From: Podarcis tiliguerta
Taxonomy: Eukaryota
Reading direction: 5' to 3' (one strand)
NCBI GenBank assembly: GCA_965153285.1
Contig: OZ229114.1
Length of the DNA: 64,000 nucleotides
Shown: positions 12,490 to 24,750 of the stretch, in pieces
How the letters are laid out: each line of letters starts with the position of its first letter
Numbering within the stretch: position 1 is the stretch's first letter
Notes under the pieces: generated by a model
The model's database searches: none
The model's input: only the letters and a program-made list of their open reading frames with translations
What the model was told of the DNA's origin: nothing
Translations under genes and position numbers: made by a program

Positions 12490-13190
12490 AGATGGCCACT
12501 TTCCTCTATTCACAAAAAGTTCTGTGCGAAATGTGCTGTTAAGGGTTGCCCTCAACACTTCCAGACCAATATGTCACTGGCCTTCTTCAAAAGTCAATTA
12601 AGGCCTGGGATTTGATGATCAGCTTCAATGCGGAGCAAACATTGTGAGAGACAGGCTTCCCCCATGCAAAACCTTTGGGATGTTTACCAACACTCTCCCA
12701 CAATGCTTTGTGCCACGTGAAAACATTAGAATTGACGAACAAGTGGTGCCATTCCAAGGAGGACATCCAATGAAGCAGTATATGCCATCTAAGCCAGCGA
12801 AGGATGACATCAAGTCCATAAACTTTATTCTGTTTATGATATATATGTGTGGAAAGAAGGGTTTCTCACCAGCATAAAACCTATACAGACAGTGTCAGAG
12901 AAACTAATATCACATTTATAGGGTTCTAGGCTGTTCTGTGCCACAGTCCAGGGAATTAGCTAAGAAAAAACTAACTCTGGTTGGCACATTGAAGGAAGGA
13001 AGGAAGGAAGGAAGCAAGGAAGCAAGGAAGCAAGCCAGCCAACTAACCAACCAACCAGAGATTCCTTGAATTCTTTGCCCACAAATCCTGAAGTGTCGAC
13101 AGCAACAGTTGGTTTTCTAGAAGATCTAACACCTGTAAGCTAGATGCCATGGAAAGGAAAAACAGCGATTCTCTTTTCTTCAAAGCATGG
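12490..13190 (+). mobile_element. Degenerate piggyBac-family transposase remnant
   Basis: FVPRENIRIDEQVVPFQGGHPMKQYMPSKPAKDDIK resembles the piggyBac/PGBD motif PGENITIDEQLVPFRGRC-QYMPSKPAKYGIK; downstream LTLVGTL and GFLEDLTPVS*MPWKGKTAILFSSKH; broken by stops, frameshifts and a GGAA microsatellite. Confidence 0.82.
12991..13056 (+). repeat. Compound GGAA/GCAA/CCAA tetranucleotide microsatellite
   Basis: gaaggaaggaagg...gcaaggaagcaa...ccaaccaacc. Confidence 0.85.
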
Positions 13191-13794
13191 TGCAGCAGTC
13201 TCAGGGCCCTCTCAACTGGTGTTTCGTTGGTTTTTTTGCCAAGTGTATTCTGCAGTATGTCATAGTGTTAGACCATGCTCATTATTTATTGTTCTGCAGA
13301 ATTTCCTTGATGTTGCCACATTAATTGCCTTCTAAAGGGCGCTCTTACACTATAGTGCAACAGAAGAAAAGCAGGGTGGAGTGGGAAACAGAACAGCAAC
13401 AAAAGAACCAGGACACGTTCGGTCTGAAAAGTTGCAGGATTTCAGCAAGAAGCTATGGGACTTGGGGTGAGACTGGGGAGTTGCTGCTTTTGTATTTGTT
13501 TGTGTGTGATTACTGTGAATATGTTTATGAAGCCGCTCCAGGAGACAATCTTCTTATCCGGATGTCCAACTGAAAAGGGCAGTTGGACACTTACTACACC
13601 ACAAAAATGGGGGATGAAGCAGCCATTATGACTGCAGTTGCCCTGATACCTTTAGCTTTGTATTTCATTCAACCTGCCTAAGGAGCTCTAAGAGCTTTTC
13701 ATGTAATAATTCTGACTGTGTGCTGCAGTAATCTTCCTACATAGGCAACATGGATCAGCACTAACAGTGCTGCAAATTGGAGAAAGGTATTACA

Positions 13795-14197
13795 TTGGTT
13801 CACATGATGTGCTCAGCCAAACATTGGCTTAGCAAGACCGCACAGAGTTGTGGGCTCTTAAGAGGCGGTTGCAGCCCCTTTGTTCCTCCCTGGTCCTGAT
13901 TGTTGCTGAGTTGCTCTAAGCAGGTATTCAAAGCTTTGGCTTAGCATGTTGTCTGAACTGGAGCTTGTGGTTATGCTCTTTCCTCACTAACCATCAGTTG
14001 TAGCCAATGTTTGCTCTTGATTTCACCTCGTAGTTAGTGAGGAGAGAATTGAACCACAAGTCCTTGTTTGGATGATACTCAGCGAGGCAGCAAAAAGGAC
14101 AGGAGGAACCTAGTGACTGAGTGCAACTCTCTGGGAGTCCACATGTTTGTGCAGTCTTGCAAAGCAAAGGTTTGGCTTAGCACATCATGTGAGCCAG
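13795..14197. mobile_element. Non-autonomous DNA element (MITE) with long TIRs
   Basis: tggttcacatgatgtgctcagccaaac ... gtttggcttagcacatcatgtgagcca inverted termini; related palindromic fragments near 860-1130 and 2185-2520. Confidence 0.6.
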
Positions 14198-14670
14198 TTC
14201 ATTATGTATGTAGGTGTAGGATGGCTTGTCTTGAAATAGATTTTGCAGAAAAATGCTCCTCCCTTCCTTCATTTAAAGAAAATGGCTTAGGGAGCTGGGA
14301 ATCATCTGTTTATGCTGGCATTGTCATGATGGTAGGCATTTAGTTTTTCTGGTCATATTAGTATCTTGAGACTATAAACCTCAATAATGTTTACAGTTGC
14401 ACTAGAGCTCATGTTAAAAGAACACCTTTCCATGTTTCCTAGTCCAATGCCTTGACTTGAACCGCAGCCTCATTGCAGACTCTATTCCAGCTTGTGCACT
14501 TTGCTTTTTACTGCTGTGGTTTCAGGGCATGGAAGTTCATGCATTACATCTCTCAAATGTTTCGGCATCTGGCCTCTGTGTATTTCATCTGCTTGTGGTC
14601 ACACAAGTATTTAGTAATAGTACAAAGAGGATGGCTAATAATGTTTTGTTTTTTCTTTCTTGATTGACAG

Positions 14671-14736
14671 TTCATTTGTGACTGGAACAGCTTGCTGTGG
14701 ACATACCTCACCTTTGAGAATCTGGGACTTGGGGAG
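14671..14736 (+). CDS. FBXW4: FBXW4 (dactylin) coding exon equivalent to human exon 6; upstream exons lie outside the window
   Basis: ttgacag acceptor and gtaaga donor; 66 bp; encodes SFVTGTACCGHTSPLRIWDLG(S), matching FBXW4 SFVTGTACCGHFSPLRIWDLNS; phase joins the next exon; missed by the ORF track. Confidence 0.95.
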
Positions 14737-15860
14737 GTAAGACTCTCTTACAGTTGTGGCAGTGAATAGAAAAATCTGCCTGTGGGATGAATGCTTGTGG
14801 AAACTTTCTAAGACCTAACCATAGTTGAAAATTAATGTGTACCATTAACTCAGAAGTAGCCAAGACTTGAAGTCATCTGGTTCAGCTTAGTCATTGATCT
14901 CTGGACCAAAATCCTGCATTAGAGATGTTTGTATACTTTCTTCTTTGCACACACACACCAATGAATATATTTCCATACTTTGTCTTTGCAAATTCTTCTA
15001 TTGAACAGGTTTTTTTTTTAAAAGTAATTTGGGCTTGTTTCCAAATTTTGATTCTCATCTGTCTTCTAGTGACTTATACCCGTGTCTTTTTGTGTTTTAT
15101 TGACAAGGTAGGGCAATTGACTTTAGTCTTGCATTTTCCTTCTTGCTAGAGATTAGATTATCTATTCCTGGATTCATTTTTTAAATTGGTAATCATTTAG
15201 CCTTTGAAACCAGTGAGAATTCCAGAACTCCACCACTCATTTACACCAATAAAATTCAAACGTAATATAAGGCCAAGGCAAATAAAAAAAGGATTTCACC
15301 TGGCACTGCAAACATATATGGCACTGGAATTGATGAAAGCCACAAGTGAAAAGGCCCTATCTCTGGTCAACAGCATCTTACTTATTTCAGGTGGGAGAAT
15401 GTGAATCAGGACCTCAGAGACCGATGTTTATGTCCAGGCAGGTCCAGATAGATACCCTAGTCTCAAGCCAATTAGGTTAAAACCAGCACTTCAAATTGTG
15501 TTTGGAAAAGGACTGGTAGACTATGCTTATGATAATATTTTATTCTCTTGCTAATTCTCTTATGCTCTTTGAAGCATGCATTTTATATCTGACTTCCTTT
15601 AGTAATATTTTCTTTTGAAATGTTTAAGATTTTGTTGTTGTTATTTTTGCTGCACTGAATGTGCATTCTGTAGTTCAACCCCCTTTGTAATGTTTTATGT
15701 TGAAATCTTTAAGATAATATTTTAGTTTCCTGTTAACCTTGTTGCTTTGGACTTTCTTCTGTAATGTTTTATTCTGGATTGTTTTATTTGATGTTTTAAT
15801 GTAGGTTGTAAAAGGCTTTGAGATTTTTTTCTTTCAAATATAAAGCAGTATATAAATGAA

Positions 15861-15906
<46 letters not shown>
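15861..15906 (+). repeat. (AAT)n microsatellite
   Basis: About 15 pure units. Confidence 0.95.
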
Positions 15907-18900
15907 GACCGCACAGCTCTTTAAAAACTGACATGGTATGTTCTGTATATTTGGCCCCTTCCACATTCAGGTCACAATATTTAAGATACAAAGTACAGAA
16001 TGTATAGACAGTGTTAGATGGACCTGGGAGGATCTGGCGCAAACAACTCACTCTATAAGTTTGGGCATGGTGTTGTCTCTTTGCCTCATTTCACCATCTG
16101 TAAATTTGTGTCCTGCCTTGCTAGATTTAACCCCTTTTGCAATTCTTCCAGTCTGCCAGAGCAGTGCTGATAATAAGATTTGTTGTTATGTTGTTCAATA
16201 AAATAGCAATGTGGGTTTGCTGATTAACAGTCTCTGTGCTTGGTGAATTACGTGTAATGTGGTTCCTCTGCTTAGACTACAGGAAGAATGAGGGCTTCTT
16301 TGGCTTTTTCTGTCCCCATCCTCCTTGCCCATGAACTTCTCCTGGCTTACCTCAAATAGAAGCAGCACCGAGGAGCAAGTGAGGAGTGGCTGTGTCACCT
16401 TTTCTGCCTTTCCAAAGGAAGCCTCTAGAGATAATAAAGCTATGTAGAAAATAGGATTAAGGTAATGAACAGGCAGGATGGAGTTTGATCTTTCAATAAG
16501 GCAAAAGCCTGACTGACAGGCAGAGCTAAAGCCTGGAACCATCCAACCAATGGGAAACTGCCTACAGTGGCTGCTGAGTGTCACGGATTCCTCCCTTTTC
16601 ACTTGTTTTTAGTGGAATGCACTGTGCCACTGGGCTGCCCATCTCAGGCCGCACATGGAGGGAGGAGCAAAAGTCTACACAATTTGGGTCTCTCACATAT
16701 ACAGGTTAATCGGAAGTCTATAGTTGGTGGGGCAACTTCTCACGAGACGTGGTAGTTGGTGAAATTTGGGCAATTATGGAGGAGAAGGACCAGCAGTGTT
16801 TCTCCCTACTGGTATTTTAATTTTTGTTCTATTACTGCATTGCTTTTTCCAGCCAAGGGTTATTTTTTGTGAGTTTGTGTTCTCTTCTGGACCCACTAAT
16901 GTAGCTAGCCCTCACACTGTCCAAAGGAGTCACTGCTGAATACCTGCAAGTCCATAAATACTTCTGTAACTTAGGCCCCCGAAACAGACTTTGGACATGC
17001 CTGGCTTACTTGCACTCTAGAATGCTATATGTAGTAAGCAAACAATTGATAGATTCCCCCTCCCAGCTCATTTTGTATAGCTTAAGCGTTTGAATATTTT
17101 CTTTATTATTATTTGTAGCCCTCCTGCTTCTGGCTCATTCGCCACCTCAATACTGGACTCCCTCCCCCCTCCCTTCTTTCCTCCCTCCCTCTCCAAACAG
17201 CCTTGTGCTTCTTCACAATTTTAATCTTTCAAGTGTCATGTTTTCTCTTTCCTTCCTCTGCTGCTCCTATCAATATTCTGTAACCTTCTTGCCCATTCAG
17301 CTGCACATCTCTTTGTCATATACCTCTCCCTATATCTTTTCCCCACTCTTTGCTGACAAGTCCCTTGTACCTCCTTTTCTCTGCTTTGGCAGTTCTAGGT
17401 AGATAAACATATGTCTGTGTAGTAGTAGATTCTCTATTTCGTATTCAGGTCTCTCTCCTTTGCCCTCACGGGGCCACAGGACACTGTTGGATTGCTGATC
17501 ATTGTGATCCAGCTGCAGAGCTTTACTAAAGATCCCAGAACTGAGACCCAGGAAGCAGGCACATTCCAGGCTGACCCCTCTCTTTCCCCTCTAATCTAAT
17601 GTTGGCTTGGCTGTGGCCAAATGGACTCTGCTACCTTAGTAGTTGTTTCTTTCCAAAGCCCTTTTGCTGCTCATCTTTTAGCTGAACTATGGTGGTCCAT
17701 TTGGGTGTTGTTTTCCCAGAAAGAGGTTTGGGTGCCTCTCTTTCTGGTGCATTGGCTCAAGAAGTTGGAACACGCCACAGAATTACACCAGAGGTGTGGT
17801 TTCTGTTTGTGACTTTACTTGGTTGGTGATGGGATGACCTTTGCTTTTTTTCCTGACCCTGTGTTTCTAACACTTTGGATGTGTGAAAAGCTATGCCATG
17901 CTGCTTGGACACCAAACATAGCACAGAATCTTAGTGGAGCTTGGAGGGCTCCCACCCTCAGGGGGATGGGAAACAGATGCTGCTTCTGAATGTTTCTATT
18001 TACCCATGTAGCTCACCACTTTGGGGACTATGCTGCAGTGGCAGTACTCTGGACTATGTGTTCAGATCCATATTTCTGCCCCCACCTCTGCCACTGACAT
18101 CTGTGTAAGATGTTTGCCATTGTCACTTGTTCTGGGTCCACTTTCTCTTATCTGCTCTACAGGAAAGCAAAATAGGGATATTGCCCAGAAAAATCTGGGT
18201 GATATGCTTAGATAGCTGTTTGTTTGGCCTAGGTAAAATCAGCAGCTTGCTGTAAATATCCAGTATTGCAACAGAACTGTTCTAAACTTTTGTATTGTGG
18301 CCTCAATACTATAAAAGTCCTGGTTACTGTCCCCAAGGAGGGAAATATGTGTCAGGTACACAAAATGCATTCAGGAGGAAAGTAAATAAAGAAGATTGGT
18401 ATTTTTCAAAAGATGTGGCTCAAGCAGAGGCCTGCATGATGATTGGTGGCCAATAGGGAACTGGGAAACAAAGCTTGCATGTGCCTTAAAACTGTTGGAC
18501 AAACTTCGGGTACTTTCTCCTTCTAGTGTTATTTAAAACAGTAAATAACACTTTTGATGCTATTCACAGTTGGTTCCTGAATCCCGCTGTCACTGGATAT
18601 AATAATGCACACAAACAAACAATAATCTGACAAAGTCATGAATGGCAGTATTGATGACAATGCACCCTCTGCAATGTGTCTTTAAGCAGAAGGTGGAGGT
18701 GAAAAGAAGGGCATGGATAATGAGTGTGTGAACGTGTGTGTATATGCATGTGCATACACCTTGCATACACCTGCTTTTCTTCTTCGAGTGAATAACTGAA
18801 CTGGCTACTGTTGAGTCCTGGGCTGGATGGACCATTCACCTGATCCAATGAGACTTTTCTTGTGCTCTAACATGCACCTTGATCCCACAGCTCTGCAGAG

Positions 18901-20049
18901 ACCCTGTGAACGCTGGTCATAATTAGCTGTACTATTTCCAAGCATTCTTCCCTCTTCTAAATAATCTTTTTCTTAAAAGTACTTGTGACAGCTTTTTTTT
19001 TAAAGGAACCCTCTAATTTTTCTTCTTTAGTTCTCGATCTTTTTAACTCTTTGAAATTGGCTTCATGCCATCTCTGACACCAAACTGACACCTTTGCCTT
19101 TCCCCACTTCTTATCCCTTTATAGCAACAGATGTTGAAATTTTGTATCCCTTTTATCTGCCCCTCTTTAACCTCTTCCTGTAATTAGGTTCCCCTTGTTA
19201 GCAGTACAAAGTGGGTTGGTCCGCTACCTAGCCTGCCTTTTGAGCTATTGTGTCTGAGCACATGTGGTTTTGGGTTATTTGGAAAAGTCCCTTCCCCCTT
19301 AGGTAATAGCGGTGGGCGGATGGACAAAGATTGTGGCTTTTTTCTTCTTCTTCTTCATTTATCTTTGCCAAGGAAGAAGAAGAAAGGGAGGAGGGGTAGG
19401 GAGCACATGTGAAGCGAAAGCCACAGACCTTCACTTCTCATCCAGTTGGGTTTTCTGTTCCTTTCCTCTCTGGTGCCTTTTTTCTTACCCCTTCAAGTGC
19501 TTAGGTAGGGCCCTTTTGATGTCCTTTTGAGTACAGTTTAAAAGTGTGTGTGAGAGAAAGAGTGATCAGTGTTTGTTGTTTCTTTCCCCACTTCTTCTTG
19601 TCAGTAAAATAATATGCATAACATTTCATTAAATTCCTGAGATGCTTAACATAATGAATATACTTCACAACTCTGCTGTAAATTACATTGTTTAACAATT
19701 CTCTCCTGTACTTTCAGTCTCCTTCATTCCAGATTAATTGGATTAATTTGATTAACATTCACAATAATACCCACTGCTTCATTCATAATAGGGATTTTAA
19801 AATAAGCGACTTGAGATTTGAAATGCTACTCAAAGATATTACTGTAAAGTGAAAGAGGAGAGCCCTGTGTAAATGCCACGCTAAGCATCACACATTCTGA
19901 CATGTGCGAATTTGTTGGATTGGTACTGTTCAATTTATATTTCACCTAATACTGTATACAAATTAATTGCAGTGAAAGATGAATAAACTCAATTTCACAA
20001 CAAAGTTATCCTGTTGCCTGCCTCTTCTGACCCATTACATTTGTTTGTT

Positions 20050-20640
20050 TAATCATATATAAGCTATATCCCTCATTCTTATTATCCAGGCTACTGTTGA
20101 AGGGAGTGTGTATCTGGCTTTTTCTCACATTTTTTTCACCCATAACACTGACTTTTCAAACTTTGTGTAGTCTTTTAGGGATCTTTGTTGCACCAACAAA
20201 TGGTTTAGTATCTGCCTCACTTGAAGATTCTGGAGGAAATGTATCTGTGCTTGACCTATATCCTGTTTAATTTGATAGTATGATTTAATTATGCCTTCTT
20301 TCAATATTTTCTGAGCAAAATCACTCCAAACATATCCCAAAGCTACATATTATTCAAATATCTTTGTTTAAGAAACCTTCCAGGTGAGATTTAGAGCGAC
20401 TTTTCATATATGAATTCAAGCTTATTCAGCTTTTTATTTGCAAATACCATAGAAACATGGCCTCTAATCAAAACGGAAAGCGTAAGTTGTATTGCTTTCC
20501 TTTCATTGAAATCCAGTAAAGATATCTGCAAAGAAGTGCATTCTAAGGTGAATTTCTCTTTTGGGGCTTGAATAGGATCCTGCAAAAGTTTAAGGCCAGT
20601 TTTTATACAACATATTGCATCCATAAAATGAAGACCTTTT
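20050..20640 (-). mobile_element. Decayed LINE (L1/Tx1-like) ORF2 fragment
   Basis: A-rich minus strand with broken LINE-like peptides (IKSYYQIKQD..HFLQNLQVRQIL). Confidence 0.4.
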
Positions 20641-20656
20641 CCACAATTTTATTGAG

Positions 20657-20785
20657 CAGGGATTGAAAACATAAGACCCTCCTGATATTGTTGGACTCTA
20701 AATGCCATCAGCATGGTCAGTAGTTTAGGGAAGATGAAAGCTGCAGTACAACAACATCTGCATAGTTCCATGTTCCCCATTCCTA
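20657..20785. mobile_element. Palindromic hAT-like MITE copy
   Basis: cagggattg...gttggactc...caacaacatctg...gttccccattcct. Confidence 0.55.
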
Positions 20786-21460
20786 CTGTTGATTCAGAAC
20801 ATACCAAGTTACCTGTAGTTGTTCAGTGAGATCAATATATATTCATGCTGATGCGGAATGGTAAGGATGTGGAGGAGATCAGCCTGCCTGTGATTCCCCA
20901 ATTAAGATAAATCACAGAGACCTTTATTAAAGAATATTGGGAATACTCCAGGACCTACCACTGCTTCTTGAGAAACAGTTTGGAGGTGTTGCCAGGAGGG
21001 TTTCCTACGATATTCTGGTCATAAGGAAGTTTTCCTTCCTCCCTCTTATAGAAATGTCAGACTTTGCTATGCTGATCCATGCCACTGTAGTTTCCAAGCT
21101 GGATAGCTGTAGCGCAGTCTACATGGAGCTTCCCTTGTAGATGACATAGCTTCCCTGCCTAGTGACATCAGGCAGGCACCTTATCAGTGCCTGCGAAAAA
21201 TATTTCTTTTCAGGCAAGCCTATCCAGACTTGTGGAATGCTGACATGTGTTTATTCTGGCTTTGAGCTTATACTTTAAAAAAAAAAAGTTTCAAATAGCA
21301 GCTTTTAACTCTTATTATTGATAATTTTGTTGTTTTATTCTTCTTGTAAACTGCTTTAAGGTTTTCTTACAATCAAGTGGTATATAAAACTTATGAAATA
21401 TAACCAAATAAATAAGATTCAACTAGTCAGAGCAGGCCGTTTATAGTGACTTCTCCAAAA

Positions 21461-21744
21461 CTGAGGTCCAGCACCGAGGGCCTTCTGGCGGTTCCCTCAC
21501 TGCGAGAAGCCAAGTTACAGGGAACCAGGCAGAGGGCCTTCTCGGTAGTGGCGCCCTCCCTGTGGAATGCCCTCCCACCAAATGTCAAAGAGAACAACAA
21601 CTACCAGACTTTTAGAAGACATCTGAAGGCAGCCCTGTTTAGGGAAGCTTTTAATGTTTGATGTATTACAGTATTTTAATATTTTTTGGAAGCCGCCCAG
21701 AGTGGTTGGGGAAGCCCAGCCAGATGGGCGGGGTATAAATAATA

Positions 21745-21787
<43 letters not shown>
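21461..21787 (+). mobile_element. Young L2-type LINE 3' end with (CTT)14 tail
   Basis: LRSSTEGLLAVPSLREAKLQGTRQRAFSVVAPSLWNALP...FRRHLKAALFREAF; near-identical copies at 49087 and 58304. Confidence 0.85.
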
Positions 21788-21788
<1 letters not shown>

Positions 21789-22317
21789 AACTATGGAACC
21801 TTCTCCCAGAAGATGTGAGGAAAGCTACCTTCTTGCTGTCTCTTCAAAGGGGGTGTAAGACATACACTTTTTTCAAAGCTTTGGACTGACTTATTTTCTG
21901 TTGTTTTCAATATTAACGTTCCTGGCTAAAGAATCTTGATCAGAATTTAGATGTTCACTTTTGGAAGCAGAGTCTCTTTCAAAAATCACAATATAAAAAT
22001 TAGCCTTTTTGTCTTTGTGCTGACATGTAACCAGAATGCACTTTCACCCTCTGAAGCTTAATATATTTTACTTCTAAGAGGGGCAGCATATGGGTTTATC
22101 TGATTGATACCCAAGTCAAGAGGAGTTGAACAAGAAAGACTTTTCTCCAGGTATATCTCGAGGGGCTTCTCCGACCTTAGTGTTGGGTACACTTTAAAGA
22201 GGTTAATACAGTTTGTAGAGCTTTAGTGTCTGTGTTTTGCATTTGGGGGGGGGGTTGTATAAATACGCCTTATGGATAGAGTCAAACTCTAATAATTAGA
22301 AATTAATTTAAAAAATT

Positions 22318-22385
22318 AAAAATTGTCCAGTAGCACCTTAGAGACCAACTAAGTTTGTTTTGGGTATAAGCTTTCGTGTGCATGA
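22318..22385 (+). mobile_element. Penelope-like element terminal fragment
   Basis: gtccagtagcaccttagagaccaactaagttt...taagctttcgtg, a typical squamate Penelope end. Confidence 0.6.
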
Positions 22386-24426
22386 AAATCTTGGTCAAAG
22401 ATTCTACCTTATAACTCTCACGGTGTCTTGCCTTTTAGTGCAAGTTATAGCTCAGTCCCAGCCACCTTTATTTAGAAGTAAGTTGGATGGACTTTCTGTG
22501 TAGCTTATTTAAAAGTCAATGTGCATAGGACCGTGGTTACAATCAGTTCTACGTAGACTTGAACTTTCTTAGTTCTTAGCCCTCTTTTGCTGCATTTGAA
22601 GTTCTTATACAGTTAAAGCAACAGCATCTACCCTTCAATCTACCTTGGACTCCTGACTTCTGTTCTGACCCTTCGTGTGCTCAAACAGCATCTTGCAATA
22701 TCTGTAACAAAATCCTCCAGAAGATTTCGGTCTCTGATCAGTTTCATGCTCATGAGTCATAAGACAATCTTTATTTTCCTCTAGGTGGCAAGAGAATCAA
22801 CAGAAGCTATAAAAAATAAGAGCACCTACATGTGGGATGGACACACACACAGAGCACTCCCCCCCCCCAACCCTTTGGGCTGGCTCATTTAAACAGATGG
22901 CTTTGTTTTGATTTGGAATCTCCATTTTTCTTTTTTTCTTTCTTTCTTTTTTTTTTTGTCTGACGGCCGAAGGAGACCTCCAAAGTGCTGTCTGTTCAAA
23001 AAGAAGCTATACAGTGGCTTATTCCCACACAACTCCCCGCCGGTTTTCCTTACTGCCCCCCCAATTTGAGCGAATTCCCCCCATCTTTGAGACATTCTTC
23101 ACATTCTTTGCAGAGAAAAGGGGTTAAACGTCTGAATTTGGGGGTCACCATGTTATACAAATTGCAATCTAATCGTTTTTACAAGAACACACGTGTGCTA
23201 AGAAAAAGAACCCTGGACAAGAAAGACAAGGAGACAGACAGCTTGCTTTGTCCTTTCTCCCCTGAATGTTTCTTGCCATTGTCATATTGCCGTGTCTCTC
23301 TCCCTTCTTTGCCTCTGGGAGGGAGAGAGTTGGTTTGATAGTTAAATTGGCCCGTAAAGCAGAAGGGCTTGGTGCCATTTCTGTTTGTTTTCCCAAATAA
23401 AAGCCCCAGAGGGGTCTCCTTTGCACCGTTGTGGCTTTATTTGAGAAAACTGGCTTTTTCCCATAGCTAGCATGTCAGTTTATCCTCTGAACTTAACCTT
23501 ACGACAACCCGGACAACAAAAAACTTCCAGGGTCTCAGAGCCAGGAAAGGTAAAGAAATTGTATCTCTTTATTGGAACCTTTAAAGTGTGTGTGGGCTAA
23601 TTCAGAGTCACCAGAAGAAAAGAAGGCAAAGCTTTTTTTTCAGCCTCGCTACCACCGCTATCATTGCCACCCCTCTGTAGCGAAAGGCATGCGTGCCTCC
23701 AGCTGGCACAGGGAGCATTATAAGCAATGTGCTGTCCAGCGTTAACTTTTTAAAAAGTAGCCTTGTCCCAAGAATCCTGTTATGGCTACACCTCCAAGTT
23801 CTTTTCACTCTGGTTCATTTGTAAATGGTCCAGGAACACTTGTTGATTCTTTATTAATAAACTTTTAGCTGTGAGTTCATAAAAGCAGTAGACCACCTCC
23901 TGATTCTTCTATGCTTCTCACCATGTATGCTTTCCGTCCCTATATTATTAGCGAATCATAGGCATAAGCAACAGTGTGACTTTTAAAAAACAAATTGGAA
24001 TGTATCAAAATGGGGAAGTAAGGCTGGGGGGGGCAGGCAGTGGCAGGAATAAGCATTTGTGTAGTTTTCTGTGACTCACAGGTTTTTGTTAGTATTTTGA
24101 GACTCCTAGCTTCGTTTTAATTAATAATTTTCGGCAGCACCATCTTGGAATTACCTTTGCGAATTCAGTTCTGGTTAAAATTAAGCACCAAGTCATTTCT
24201 TAGTGGTACGACAATTCTATATTGGCTCTGGAACATTCCAGTTTCTGACTTTTTTTTGCATGCTGTTTGCATCTGCGAACAATGCCCAAACGTAACTGCA
24301 TGAAAATTTCCATCAAATTTTGGCAACATCATTAAGCCTGCCTTGGGCATGTTTTTTTCTGCCAGTGTAGATGATCGTGCATGGATGATATACCGGGTTA
24401 AGATCATGCACAAGTTTGTTTTAATC

Positions 24427-24750
24427 AGTAGGTGGGGAACCCCAGCTTACAAGCCTTATTAGGCCTGCCAGGCCTCTGAATTTGGCCTGTGAGGCCATTT
24501 TGGACAAATCATGCACATCTGTTAGTCACCTGAAGTCGTATGACATCAGGTGTGGAGATTTGTTGTCTAAATACTCAAAGGCTGCTTGCTCCTTGATGGT
24601 AAAAGCCAGCAGCAGAGGCTTTTCTCAGATCTTAGCACTGTGAGATCACAGGTGAGTGGCCCCACCCACCTGCCAGAAATGCAAAATGACCCATGGAAAG
24701 CTTGTCAACTGTGGATCTGGGTCTCGGGCTGAAAAAGGTTCGCCACCTTA
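24427..24750. mobile_element. hAT-like MITE
   Basis: aggtggggaacc ... ggttcgccacct inverted termini. Confidence 0.55.

Noticed and set aside
1-14670. Upstream FBXW4 exons (F-box and first WD40 repeats)
   Set aside because: No matching peptide with splice sites was found; the window appears to start inside the large upstream intron.
15722-16051. ORF with a poly-Leu signal-peptide-like run
   Set aside because: Translation of the (AAT)n microsatellite.
19338-19386. (CTT)n...(GAA)n inverted hairpin
   Set aside because: Short low-complexity repeats; no support for a structured RNA.
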